The position numbers were made by a program, and so were the translations under genes. A stretch of 64,000 nucleotides of DNA from Candidatus Poribacteria bacterium (lineage in GTDB: Bacteria > Poribacteria > WGA-4E > WGA-3G): the NCBI GenBank assembly GCA_965198235.1, contig OZ240248.1, positions 4,928,001-4,992,000 of the forward strand, given 5' to 3'. Below are positions 39,024 through 49,250 of this stretch, piece after piece; positions within the stretch are counted from its first letter, which is position 1, and each line of letters begins with the position of its first letter. The notes beneath the pieces were generated by a model. That model made no database searches, had not been told where the DNA came from, and saw only the letters and a program-made list of their open reading frames with translations.

Positions 39024-40982
39024 TTATTCTAAAGCCACAAGTTGGGTCAAATGCCAATTTGGATCCTCTAACGCCTCGTAAACGACACCACCCTCCACGT
39101 TGTTAGGCATCGGAAGCCCCAATAGATAACAGAGCGTAGGCGTGACATCAACAACGCGGACCTGCCGCTGCAACGCAACCCCTTGTCGGACCCCGGCACC
39201 CGATAGAATAAATGTAGAGTGCTGCCCGCCGATACCGAAACTCACGGAGGGCAATTGCTTGCCGTGCGCACCATCGAACTCCGGTCGAAGTGCATAGACG
39301 ACATCGCCGACTAAATCGCTGTGTAAATTAAACATCTCTGCATCTGCCCGCGTCACGGCTAACGTAAAGGGGTGTCGTCCGGTCTCTTCGTCCTTGTAAG
39401 TATGCAATGCTGCGATAAGTTCACGTTGCGTTGCTTCATAGTCTTCAGGGGCAACGATTCCATTCGGTTCGCGTCCCGCTAAGTTGATGAAGATATGCAC
39501 TAATCCGACATTGACTGCCCGTGTTTTTGTCCAGTCTATCGCCCCGTTTCCGTCTTTAACGATGAATCCTGTTTCTTCCAGTACCTCTTCAATGTCAACG
39601 GCGCGGAATTGGTTAGGCGTGCCGCCGTGGTCGGAACAGACGAGAACAACGGTATCTTCATCCGCTTGTTCCATCAGTTGCCCAATCATCCGATCTACAG
39701 ATTCATACGTCCGTCGCAAACCCTCAAGACACCGGTGCATTGTCTCTGGTGCTGCGCCGCTGATTTCATCTGCTTGGCTGAGGAAGAAATGGCTGGCGTA
39801 GTCCGGGGCATGGCTTTCCACCATTAGAACATCCCAGTCGTTGTTTTTTGCGAGGTGAGTTGCAACATCGGCGAGACGTTGGTGGTGGTATTCAAGTACC
39901 TCAAAATAGGTATCATCATCCATTTGTCCAAGCGCATCGCGAGCCGGATTTTGAAGGAATGAACCGATTTCAGTGTCAATCGTGGTGGCGATTGTATCTG
40001 GAACCGTGTACCCTTCTCTCGGCCAAATTTGTGGGACGAAGAGTTCAAAAGCGTCCGCTGTTTCGGTGAGCGTCACGAGTTTCATTCGGACGTAACCTTC
40101 CACTTCAGTCGCATCAATTTCAAACGTATCCAGCCACCACTCGCTCCATTCACCGGGACCCAGATCTGCAACGGAGTCGTCTCCAGATCTGCTCCGACAG
40201 ATTCGCACTCGGTCATAGCCGTTATCACCAGAGGCATAAATCAATCCATAAAATGGTTTTGGAATACGTGTTTCATCAGAGGCTTCATCTCTGGAATAGA
40301 TTGAAGGCATTACATCTTCTCTGCCACGCGCCAAAGGTCGGACGGTAAGTTCAACCTCCCGCACGGGTTCTGTGGAGTCAGGCAGAGCATCCCATTCTCC
40401 ATTCTCAACCGATTCAATAGTGACTGGATCAATGTGTTGAACGCCCTGTAGCGCGCTCGGATCGAGGGTCTCAGGATCGCGCTGTCCGCCGATAGGGCGC
40501 GCTGCCCATTTTCCTGCGACAAAGAGATGATACCCAGCAACCTGATGGTGGTTCGAGACCCCAGGTCCTGTTCCTTCGACCTGAATACCAGTCTTGACGG
40601 TGGGGGGCCAAGACATTTCCCATTTCACCAAAATCGGTTTTCCACCGACTCGTTCCACGAGATTCCAGAGGTATTCGGATTGACACAAACCTGTATTAAT
40701 ACCCCATACCGATTTGTCGAGACGTTCTCCGACAGCACGGATGTTAAAATCCATAACCTTATGTGTGCCGGGCCATGAGCCGGTAGAGAGCGCAGTCCAG
40801 CCTGGCGGGGTCAGTGTCGGGAATACTCCAATCATCGGTCGGTAAACGCCTGTTTGGGCTAACTTCGCCATATTCGGAGTATGTCCCCAATCAATCATGT
40901 TCTTGACCAGTTCCATGCTTGCGCCATCCATCCCGATAATGATTGCACGTTTCGCAGGAGCACTTTGAGTGCGTTTTGCCAT
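39024..40982 (-). CDS. Alkaline phosphatase superfamily nucleotide pyrophosphatase/phosphodiesterase
   Basis: IIGMDGA, PTLTPPGW..LSTG, SDHG and VDVTPT; AGGAG RBS before MAKRT. Confidence 0.87.
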   Translation of the reverse strand: MAKRTQSAPAKRAIIIGMDGASMELVKNMIDWGHTPNMAKLAQTGVYRPMIGVFPTLTPPGWTALSTGSWPGTHKVMDFNIRAVGERLDKSVWGINTGLCQSEYLWNLVERVGGKPILVKWEMSWPPTVKTGIQVEGTGPGVSNHHQVAGYHLFVAGKWAARPIGGQRDPETLDPSALQGVQHIDPVTIESVENGEWDALPDSTEPVREVELTVRPLARGREDVMPSIYSRDEASDETRIPKPFYGLIYASGDNGYDRVRICRSRSGDDSVADLGPGEWSEWWLDTFEIDATEVEGYVRMKLVTLTETADAFELFVPQIWPREGYTVPDTIATTIDTEIGSFLQNPARDALGQMDDDTYFEVLEYHHQRLADVATHLAKNNDWDVLMVESHAPDYASHFFLSQADEISGAAPETMHRCLEGLRRTYESVDRMIGQLMEQADEDTVVLVCSDHGGTPNQFRAVDIEEVLEETGFIVKDGNGAIDWTKTRAVNVGLVHIFINLAGREPNGIVAPEDYEATQRELIAALHTYKDEETGRHPFTLAVTRADAEMFNLHSDLVGDVVYALRPEFDGAHGKQLPSVSFGIGGQHSTFILSGAGVRQGVALQRQVRVVDVTPTLCYLLGLPMPNNVEGGVVYEALEDPNWHLTQLVALE

Positions 40983-41001
40983 AAGATCTTCTCCTTGTTT
41001 G

Positions 41002-42507
41002 TTAAGGAACACGCTGGATATAGATGTCGTAATCTTGTCCGCGCGCGTCGCTCCAAACGACGATAGCCGCGCCACCCTCTGTAGACACAGCTTGCGGCGT
41101 AATTTGTTCTTTGGGGGCATGACAGACAGGGATACCGTTGATTTCCCAAAGTGGCTTTCCATCGGCATCAAGCCGTTGCGCGTAAATTGCATCCTCGGTC
41201 GAATCACCGAAATCTTCGCGATAATCCAGCCAATAGACGACAGTTTCTCCTACCTCACCAGTAGGCACGATTTGAGGGAGACGTTGAACCCCTGCTCCAG
41301 TGCAGACAGGCATACCGCCCTTTTGGAACTGTGCATTTTCGTCGTTCCACAACGCCTCGCCATTTCCGTTGATACGTTGGGCATAGATGTCAGCGAAAAT
41401 ATCCCGTTCGTCCCACCATGCAGCGATAAAACCACCGCTCCCGTCGGGAACACAGGACGGCTGTTGTTGGTTGGCATGCAGTTCGCAGATTGGGATACCG
41501 TCCTTTTCCCATAACGCGTTTCCTTCAGCGGTTATGCGCTGCGCGTAGAGTTGCGCGGTCATATAAAAATTCGGGTCATTACGGTAGTCCGACCAGACGA
41601 AGAACACACCGCCGTTTGCATCGCTGACAGCAAACGGAGCACCTTGGTTGCCGGTTGCTGTACAGACGGAAACTGGACTATTTTCTGCATCATCAACCGA
41701 ATTCCACATAGGACTACCATCTGCTGACAACCGTTGCGCGAAAATGTTCCAATCCGGAGTGCTGATGTCCCACCATGCGAAAATAGCACCGCCTTGCCCA
41801 TCGGCGATTAGAACCGGGTCATACTGATCACCATCGCCACTGTAGACGGGTACACCGTTCGTTTCCCATAGTGGTTTTCCGGTGCTGTCGATCCTTTGGG
41901 CATAAATATCTTGATTTCCGTTCCGCCAATCCTCCCACACAACGATTACGCCACCTTTACCGTCAGCGATAGCGTTTAAATCGTCTTGCAACGTTGGATG
42001 CGTACAGACCGGTGTCCCTTCGGGGTCCCACACTTTGTTTCCATTTGCGTCAATGCGTTGTGCGTAACTGTCCTGATTCCCGTGGCGCGTGTCACCCCAA
42101 ACGAGAATGACACCCCCTTCGCTATCGCTGACAATTAGGGGCCAACTTTGCGAGGAGGGCAGGTCGCAGATTGGGATACCGTTTGCCTCCCAATGAATGT
42201 CACCTGTTGCGCTGATCCGCTGCGCGAAAATATCACGATTCGCGTGTCGGGCATCACTCCACGCGACGATAGCCCCACCTTGCCCGTCGGTAACGAGGAC
42301 AGGAAAGTGTTGTTCGTTCTGCGCTGTGCATAACGGAAGATTTTCTGTCGCGGAGGAGGACCATTCCGCGCTTGCTGTATTTATTACAGTAAACACAGAA
42401 AGGATCGTGAGAGCGAGGCATATCCGGGATTTCAGAAGAGATCTACGGTTTGAGATATAGCACGGGGTGCCGACAGTCTCCCGTATATGCTGAAGAAGGT
42501 AATACAT
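41002..42507 (-). CDS. Secreted repeat (probable beta-propeller) protein
   Basis: About 8 repeats of Q..P..V.DG.GG.I..W.D.R...DIYAQRI...G...W..NG.P.C; signal peptide near the N-terminus. Confidence 0.75.
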   Translation of the reverse strand: MYYLLQHIRETVGTPCYISNRRSLLKSRICLALTILSVFTVINTASAEWSSSATENLPLCTAQNEQHFPVLVTDGQGGAIVAWSDARHANRDIFAQRISATGDIHWEANGIPICDLPSSQSWPLIVSDSEGGVILVWGDTRHGNQDSYAQRIDANGNKVWDPEGTPVCTHPTLQDDLNAIADGKGGVIVVWEDWRNGNQDIYAQRIDSTGKPLWETNGVPVYSGDGDQYDPVLIADGQGGAIFAWWDISTPDWNIFAQRLSADGSPMWNSVDDAENSPVSVCTATGNQGAPFAVSDANGGVFFVWSDYRNDPNFYMTAQLYAQRITAEGNALWEKDGIPICELHANQQQPSCVPDGSGGFIAAWWDERDIFADIYAQRINGNGEALWNDENAQFQKGGMPVCTGAGVQRLPQIVPTGEVGETVVYWLDYREDFGDSTEDAIYAQRLDADGKPLWEINGIPVCHAPKEQITPQAVSTEGGAAIVVWSDARGQDYDIYIQRVP

Positions 42508-42512
42508 TTTTT

Positions 42513-42698
42513 TATAGTAAAATCCACAATTACTTGGACATTACGAGGAGGCGAGGATACTTAGGGGAAATCCGCAGAAATCCGCAGAAATCCGCAGAAA
42601 CACCCTATCAAAAACACCCCTATCAAAAACACCTCGCCAGCGGTGGTGGTGGGTTCGTTCACTGAACAACTGTCTACATATTTTCGGGCTTTACTATA
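42513..42698. mobile_element. MITE-like element with TA termini
   Basis: Imperfect 28-bp TIR (TATAGTAAAATCCACAATTACTTGGACA / TGTCTACATATTTTCGGGCTTTACTATA); internal GAAATCCGCA x3 and CCCTATCAAAAACACC x2. Confidence 0.6.
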
Positions 42699-42863
42699 AT
42701 TATGGACTCCTGGGCTGCCTTCCAAATGTCCAGCAAAGACAAATTATACCATTTAAGGCATAATTTCATTTCAGGCAGGTTCCTGGTCTTCCCAGATGGA
42801 TATTCTAAAGTTGTGCCCTAAAATAGAAAAGAGAAAACGTTCAGACCTCGGAGGCAGTTGGGA

Positions 42864-42906
42864 TTCACCGGAAACCATCGTGGAACGTAGTGGAACGATG
42901 ACCAGA
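42864..42906. repeat. Dispersed REP-like repeat (TTCACC.GAAACCATCGTG.AACGTAGTGGAACGATG.CCAGA)
   Basis: Near-identical copies at 53872-53914 and 58478-58520 (reverse); partial copies near 56595, 58400, 58570 and 59691. Confidence 0.8.
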
Positions 42907-42930
42907 GGCTCATAGTTAAAAAATTTGGAT

Positions 42931-44604
42931 TTAGATGAGCAGTTCGTCTCCAATTGGGAAGAATTGGTCGGCAATTTGTTGTAGATCCATGGAGGTGTTG
43001 TGTTCAAAAGCGACAACCTCCACCCGTTTGTCTTGTTGCTTGATGAGCTCGGCAAGCGGACAAAAGTCGCCATCACCGCTTGCCAAAATGACGACATCCA
43101 GTGAGCCGAGCATTGAAACGACATCCACTGCAATGCCGACATCCCAGTCACCCTTTGCAGACCCGTCGCCGCGCAAACGTAAGTCTTTACTCTTAATCGT
43201 ATAACCGTTGTGTTCAAGCAGGGACAGGAAACTGGATTGGTTGATTTCGGGTATCTGGACGACATAGGCATAGGCTACCATGAGATACCGTGGTCCAACT
43301 ATCAAATCGAGGAGTTTGATATAGTCGACTCTGCGTCCAAAACGATCTTTGGCGGCGTAAAACATATTTTGAACATCAACGAACACACCGACACGGGGTT
43401 GCTCAGTCGTTAAGTTGTAGGGACTTTGACCTCCGGCGATTTCCTGCGTATCCAGATAAGCGAGAGTTTGACGAATTTGATTCAACGCGCCACGTGCAGC
43501 CTGATGGCAGTTTTCCAGAATATCGAAGTGGCTGTCAAGAGTCGTTTGAAAGTCTTCGAGTCCTTGATGCCCTTTGTAGACTGCCTCCTCAACCAACTTG
43601 AGATCGGTAGTGAAGGTCTCCTTGGCTGCCTTAATTTGTTCATATTCTCTCAGTTGTTCTGCCATCCGTTCTTTTTCAACGAGGAGGTGTTCATGTTCCG
43701 CGGCAAGTTGTTGTAGTTCGGTGGTGTCTTCAATATATTGTGCTATCTGTTCACGAAGTATGTGGTTTTCCTGTTCAAGCGCCTTCAATCGTTTTTCGTT
43801 TCCATGATTTTCCTCCGCTTTCGTTTTTAATCCCTTGTTTTCCTCTAATAGAAAAGCACGTTGTTGATCTAATCGGCTATGTTTTTGCTCAAGCGAGGTA
43901 TAGTCTGCTTTAGAGTCTGCCAATTGCCGTTCAAGGTGCTCGATTTCCTGGACAGGTGCCTCCGACTGTTGTAGTTCGCTTTCTGTGTCGTAAGCGTATT
44001 GAGAGCCAATGCTTTCCAATTGATCGATACTATGGAAGTTTCCGCTCCCATTTGTATATGCCACTTCTATAGATTCGTATGTTGTGTTAAGGAGTTTGTA
44101 GCCGTGCTCAACAACTGCGGTTCGTTGGTCGGTGAGAAGTGCCCAGACGACTTCGCCAAAATCGCCGCCTTCTATGAGGACATCAGACGTTTTGAAAAAC
44201 GTTTCGATTTCGGAGATTTCCATATACCCGACTCGGGAGATCGCAGCCTGCGCCTTTTCAGTAAGAAATTGGCTGACTAACGTGTTGACTTCGGAAGTCA
44301 CACGATCACGATCATCGTGATGGTGTGCCTCCGACGAAGTTTCCGGATTTTTTAGTTCAGGTTTTGCTGTGCCAACGACACCCAAAAACACATCGGCTAA
44401 ATTTACGAGTAATTCTCGCCTTGATAAGGCGTACAGCCGGTCCACATCGAGGACGATGCCGGTAGAGGCACTCAATTGAAAGATCTCTCTTTCATCTAAA
44501 AGTAAGTCGAGAAACCACGTGAGTTGGTCCCGCTGTATATGTAATCTTAAATTTGAGCTTAACATTATTATACTCCGATTTCTCACAGCAAGTTTTGATT
44601 TCAA
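42931..44604 (-). CDS. NYN (LabA/DUF88, PIN-like) domain protein with an N-terminal coiled coil
   Basis: VFVDVQN, KGDWDVGIAVD, SGDGDF and L...AD.F; long heptad region; the start may be 44565. Confidence 0.85.
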   Translation of the reverse strand: MKSKLAVRNRSIIMLSSNLRLHIQRDQLTWFLDLLLDEREIFQLSASTGIVLDVDRLYALSRRELLVNLADVFLGVVGTAKPELKNPETSSEAHHHDDRDRVTSEVNTLVSQFLTEKAQAAISRVGYMEISEIETFFKTSDVLIEGGDFGEVVWALLTDQRTAVVEHGYKLLNTTYESIEVAYTNGSGNFHSIDQLESIGSQYAYDTESELQQSEAPVQEIEHLERQLADSKADYTSLEQKHSRLDQQRAFLLEENKGLKTKAEENHGNEKRLKALEQENHILREQIAQYIEDTTELQQLAAEHEHLLVEKERMAEQLREYEQIKAAKETFTTDLKLVEEAVYKGHQGLEDFQTTLDSHFDILENCHQAARGALNQIRQTLAYLDTQEIAGGQSPYNLTTEQPRVGVFVDVQNMFYAAKDRFGRRVDYIKLLDLIVGPRYLMVAYAYVVQIPEINQSSFLSLLEHNGYTIKSKDLRLRGDGSAKGDWDVGIAVDVVSMLGSLDVVILASGDGDFCPLAELIKQQDKRVEVVAFEHNTSMDLQQIADQFFPIGDELLI

Positions 44605-44624
44605 GCTGCGCTGAAAATGGTAAG

Positions 44625-45932
44625 TTAAATTTTAATAATTTTTTCCTGTCCTTTCTTCACACTGCGCGTTGCGTTGCGTGTGTCAACAACCAGTTGGGCA
44701 TGCTCGACGAGCCAGTCGTAGTCTATAGCACCGTGATCGGTTAGGATGACAACACAATCAACACTTTCTACCAGATCTACTGTTAGAGGTTCTGAGTGAT
44801 AGGTTTCTCTATCATCAAGAGACAGGTTTTTTATATAGGGGTCATGATATAGGAATTCTGCTTTTTTGTCAAGAATTAAACGAATTACTTCGAGTGCAGG
44901 CGATTCTCGAATGTCTCCGATGTCCTTTTTATAAGCGACACCTAAGATTAATAATTTTGCTCCATTCAGTGGTTTACGTTGAAGGTTCAGGGCGTGGATG
45001 ATTTTGTCTAACACGTATTTCGGCATTTCACTGTTAATTTCGGTAGCGAGTTCAATAAATCGAGCGTGGTACTGATACATCTGTGCCTTCCAAGAGAGAT
45101 AGTGCGGGTCAATTGGAATACAGTGTCCACCGAGCCCAGGACCTGGATAGAACGGCATAAATCCGAACGGTTTTGTAGCAGCCGCGTCAATGATTTCCCA
45201 CACGTCCAGATCCATCCTATCACAGATAAGTGCGACCTCATTAATTAAGCCGATGTTGACACTCCGAAACGTGTTTTCTAAGAGTTTCACCATTTCCGCC
45301 GTTTGGGGTGAAGATACTGTGTGTGTTTTACTGATGAACTGTGCGTAGAAGGTTTTCGCGATGTGGGTGCATTGCGGCGTAACACCCCCGATAATTTTAG
45401 GGGTATTTGTCATGAAGTAGGTACTATTTCCCGGCTCAATCCGTTCCGGTGAGTAGGCGAGATAGAAATCGCTTCCTACCTGTTTGGTATTGGGATGGGT
45501 GTTAAGTTTTGGCAGCACGACTTCTTCGGTGGTGCCGGGGTAGGTGGTGCTTTCGAGGATAATCAGTTGTTCGGGATGGAGGTATTGCGCAACTTGCTGG
45601 ACTGCAGCGATGATAAACTGCATGTCGGGAGTTCGGTTTTCACCCAAAGGGGTCGGCACACAGATATTAACTGTGTCCAATTCTCGGAGCACAGAAAAGT
45701 CTGTTGTTATCTGAATCTGCCCGGATGTAATAAGCGGTGCGAGCACTGCGTCGGCGACATCAGGGACATCGGAGATACCCTGTTTCAATCGCTCTATTTT
45801 TTCTGAACAGATATCGATGCCTGTAACTCGGAATCCCACACTCGCAATCGCAACCGCAAGCGGCAGTCCGACATATCCAAGCCCGATAACACCAGCGCGA
45901 GCTGTCCGGGTTTCTATCTTTTCAAGAATCAT
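44625..45932 (-). CDS. Nucleotide-sugar (UDP-GlcNAc/GalNAc) 6-dehydrogenase, WbpA-like
   Basis: GLGYVGLP, CVPTP, ESTTYPGTT, KLLENTFR and GGHCIP. Confidence 0.92.
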   Translation of the reverse strand: MILEKIETRTARAGVIGLGYVGLPLAVAIASVGFRVTGIDICSEKIERLKQGISDVPDVADAVLAPLITSGQIQITTDFSVLRELDTVNICVPTPLGENRTPDMQFIIAAVQQVAQYLHPEQLIILESTTYPGTTEEVVLPKLNTHPNTKQVGSDFYLAYSPERIEPGNSTYFMTNTPKIIGGVTPQCTHIAKTFYAQFISKTHTVSSPQTAEMVKLLENTFRSVNIGLINEVALICDRMDLDVWEIIDAAATKPFGFMPFYPGPGLGGHCIPIDPHYLSWKAQMYQYHARFIELATEINSEMPKYVLDKIIHALNLQRKPLNGAKLLILGVAYKKDIGDIRESPALEVIRLILDKKAEFLYHDPYIKNLSLDDRETYHSEPLTVDLVESVDCVVILTDHGAIDYDWLVEHAQLVVDTRNATRSVKKGQEKIIKI

Positions 45933-46055
45933 TCTTTTAATTTTACCTTGCGGTTCGGTCAGGTAAGTTGGAGATGTGGCGATCTTCCCCGTAGAACTGA
46001 AGAAATACCCAAGCAAAAACCCCTCCACTACGCTACGGGCTACAATTTCAGTTTT

Positions 46056-46637
46056 TCATTCTTTTAATTTCCTGAGCCAGCGCGTTGCTGTGTAAAGATT
46101 TGTGAAGATTTTATCGGGACGGTGTCCATTCTTATCCGCACGCCGACAAGGTTTCATGTTAATGTAGTGGTAATAACTCTCCTGTCCAAGTCCTGTTAAA
46201 ACGAGAAACGTTGTGGTGCCAACACGTCGTCCTGCTTCAATATCTGTGGTCCAATCACCAATCAAATAGGCAGTTGACAGTTCAATGTTATGTTCACGTG
46301 CAGCACGTAGTAACATACCAGGCTTCGGTTTTCGACACTCGCACCCTGCATCGGGATGGTGTGGACAGTAGTAAACAGCATCAATTCTTCCACCTGCTTT
46401 GCTGATTTCGGCAACCATTTGCGAGTGGATATCCGTCAAATTTTCCTCTGAATAGAGTCCTCTCCCGATTCCTGCTTGATTGGTTACTACAATAATTCGA
46501 TAACCATTTTCTGATAATTCTCGGATTGCTTTCCGGGCATTCGGAATGAAGGTGAATTCCGCCCATTTCCGGACATAGCCTTTATTAGGTGGATTCCGGT
46601 TGATAACGCCATCCCGATCCAGAAAAATAGTCTTCAT
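46056..46637 (-). CDS. gmhB: D-glycero-D-manno-heptose 1,7-bisphosphate phosphatase
   Basis: FLDRDGVIN, VTNQAG and CPH..C.CRKPKPGM. Confidence 0.9.
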   Translation of the reverse strand: MKTIFLDRDGVINRNPPNKGYVRKWAEFTFIPNARKAIRELSENGYRIIVVTNQAGIGRGLYSEENLTDIHSQMVAEISKAGGRIDAVYYCPHHPDAGCECRKPKPGMLLRAAREHNIELSTAYLIGDWTTDIEAGRRVGTTTFLVLTGLGQESYYHYINMKPCRRADKNGHRPDKIFTNLYTATRWLRKLKE

Positions 46638-46648
46638 TTTTACTTTCC

Positions 46649-47686
46649 TTACAATCCGGGAACAGAGGCTGCAGTCTCAATAACGTTCAGCAGTTCCTTT
46701 GGTGTGACGGTCGCGCACCCCATCTTACCGACGGCAATCCCGCCCGCGAGGTTAGACAGCATAGCAGCACTACGAAATTCAGCGTCCGCCGCGAGCGCAA
46801 GCGTGAAAGCGGCGACAACCGTGTCCCCTGCGCCTGTAACATCTGTCACGAGGTCTGAATACGGTGGGAGGTGTTCTACTTCTACAGTCCTGTCCGCATT
46901 ACGTTGAAACAGAGACATCCCTTTTGCATCGCGGGTGATTAGCAACGCCTTGAGGGATAACCGGTTCAGAATTTCTTCACCGACAGCAACCAGATCGGAC
47001 ACATCCACGATTTCTTCATGGACAGCGGCACTTGCCTCCTTGTGGTTCGGCGTAACGGCGGTTACACCTTCATAGTGCCAGAAGTTGTTTTGCTTCGGAT
47101 CGACGATAATTGGGATACCGTAAGACTCAGCGTGTTTCATAACACTCTTAATAAGTTGGGCAGTAACTACCCCTTTATCGTAATCAGCGAAGATAATTGC
47201 GTCGCTTGTTGGCAATTGAGAAGCGACAGTGTCCAGTAGGTGTCCCCGTATTTGAGGAGAGATCTCCTGTTTGGATTCCCTGTCAATGCGGAGCAAATGA
47301 TGCCCCGAATCCCGTTCCCGATCTGCGAAGTTCGTAGCGGCACGGGCAATGACACGTGTTTTTGTGCTTGTCGGTCGCTGAGGGTCAGTATAGACCCCGG
47401 TAGTAACGAGATTCATATCGGTTAGCATCCGGACTAACTTTTCGCCTTCCCTGTCCTCACCGATGACACCGACCAAAACCGCGTTGCCGCCTAAGCTTGC
47501 GACGTTCTGGGCGACATTCGCCGCACCACCACATCCGACCTTCTCTGTCGTCGTCTCAAACACTGGAACAGGGGCTTCGGGCGAAATTCGCTTCACATCC
47601 CCCCAGATATATGTGTCTAGGATGACATCACCGATAATCACTACCCGCTTACCTTGAAGTTGTTCAAAAACGGCTTTTAAGTTCAC
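46649..47686 (-). CDS. rfaE1: D-glycero-beta-D-manno-heptose-7-phosphate kinase (stand-alone HldA/RfaE1)
   Basis: RISPEAPVP, GGAANVA, DYDKG, VDPK, TPN and DVTGAGD. Confidence 0.9.
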   Translation of the reverse strand: MNLKAVFEQLQGKRVVIIGDVILDTYIWGDVKRISPEAPVPVFETTTEKVGCGGAANVAQNVASLGGNAVLVGVIGEDREGEKLVRMLTDMNLVTTGVYTDPQRPTSTKTRVIARAATNFADRERDSGHHLLRIDRESKQEISPQIRGHLLDTVASQLPTSDAIIFADYDKGVVTAQLIKSVMKHAESYGIPIIVDPKQNNFWHYEGVTAVTPNHKEASAAVHEEIVDVSDLVAVGEEILNRLSLKALLITRDAKGMSLFQRNADRTVEVEHLPPYSDLVTDVTGAGDTVVAAFTLALAADAEFRSAAMLSNLAGGIAVGKMGCATVTPKELLNVIETAASVPGL

Positions 47687-48673
47687 AACATTATATTAGC
47701 ATAAATCTGCAGGTTAAAGCAACAAACATTCTTGGCAGAGCAGGATCATTGGGTTTTCCTGTAGGAGGGATCTCCGAATCCCGACTTATTTGGTAGCATC
47801 GACAGAAAACTGAATGGCTATAGCAACGCCTCTCTTCATCAGTGAACAATTCCGAAAAAGAATCGCGCGTTTCATAGTTTTCATAGCAAAATCAGAAAAT
47901 TTCGGATTTTAGAAAAGGCTTTAAACACACACTATGACTGGATTCTGATCAGTTTTCGCCAAAGATTTCTTTCACACCTGCTATGAAATTTTTACAAGCA
48001 AGGAGAGACATCATTCCTCGTGCGGTGTGTGATGCTACGTTCTTACATGTGAAATTCCCCAATATTAACATATTAGAAAATTATACCAATCAAAAAGAAA
48101 GGTGTCAGGGTTTGGGGACGTATATTGTCTGAATCACGGATTGTCGCGGATGACACGGATTACGCGGATTTTCATTGGTTTCTGTCAGTAATCATTGTCA
48201 GAATCAGGATTTACAGGATTAAAGGATTTATGGGATAAAAGGGAGGTTTTGATGGTTTCCCTGTGCTGCCGATAGACACGATTCACGGAGGCTTCACGGA
48301 GAATTTTCTAAAGTCAAGCGGTACGTGGGTTCGTGAAACGCAACATATCCTTTCTCCGTGAAAACACGAAATGATAAATTATATTTAACGAAATATCTCA
48401 CTTAAATCCCGCGTCCGTCCACCTTGGTGGATGCGGTTTTCCAAACGCCTGAATCACTCTCAGTGCCTCACTCTTTTCGGTTAGCGTTTGCTACCTCGCC
48501 TTCTTTTGACACCGAAATTTGATACACATAATACAGATGACAATTAGTAACATTTTTTGAAGGAGACCTAACTGTCTTGCAACTAAAGTGGAAAATGAAG
48601 TCAGTAGAAGCCAGCAGGAATATCATCCAAATTATCCAAACTTCAGTAAAAATAAGGCGGATACTCAATTATT

Positions 48674-48946
48674 ATGTTCAGGGCTTTTGCAAAAGGCATT
48701 GGTGTACTCATCTTACTCATAGGCTTTATAGGGTGTGGAGATGCCGAAAAAGTAGGTCCGGTTCCACCTGGAGACTTCCTTGAAATTAATAAAGTCTTAG
48801 ACCAGTGGCGGCAAGGTTATGAGACGGAAGATGTTAACTCTTATATGGGTACTTTCTGGGGAGACGGTTTTCTTTATGTCTCTGATTGGGGGACAGATGG
48901 AGATAAGACGGACGATTTGGAGTTTGATGACATTATTTTAATATAA
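48674..48946 (+). pseudogene. Probably truncated lipoprotein (NTF2/SnoaL-like start)
   Basis: Lipobox FIGC; 'INKVLDQWRQGYETED...YMGTF' helix; ends abruptly in AT-rich sequence next to a MITE. Confidence 0.5.
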
Positions 48947-48969
48947 TTAATAAACGCCTATACCAGCGT

Positions 48970-49112
48970 CAGGACTATTTAGTTTTCGGTTCCGATCTTA
49001 GTTTTCGTTCACAGATGTTAAGGTTTTCGCGCAATATCGCGAGCACAGCTCGCTCCTACAGCGGAAAAATGTTCACACATATAAAGTAAATATGTAAAAC
49101 TAAATGACCCTG
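48970..49112. mobile_element. 143-bp MITE with CAGG...CCTG termini and a 10-bp target-site duplication
   Basis: TIR CAGGACTATTTAGTTTT / AAAACTAAATGACCCTG; perfect ATACCAGCGT direct repeat at 48960-69 and 49113-22. Confidence 0.85.
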
Positions 49113-49250
49113 ATACCAGCGTGGTTTTCCCTTGCATTTCGGGCGACTACCTGATAAAATATTCAGCGGTGTGAAGAAATAACAAAGTACCTGCTTCTGA
49201 AAACCAACACAATGACAAAATCTCCTAAAAAGGATTGATAGTGAATTTCC

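Noticed and set aside
40983-41207. N-terminal extension of the phosphodiesterase ORF
   Set aside because: It overlaps the upstream gene's 3' end, and a good AGGAG RBS precedes MAKRT at 40982
42560-42640. Possible CRISPR array
   Set aside because: Short 10-16-bp tandem units with no unique spacers and no cas genes
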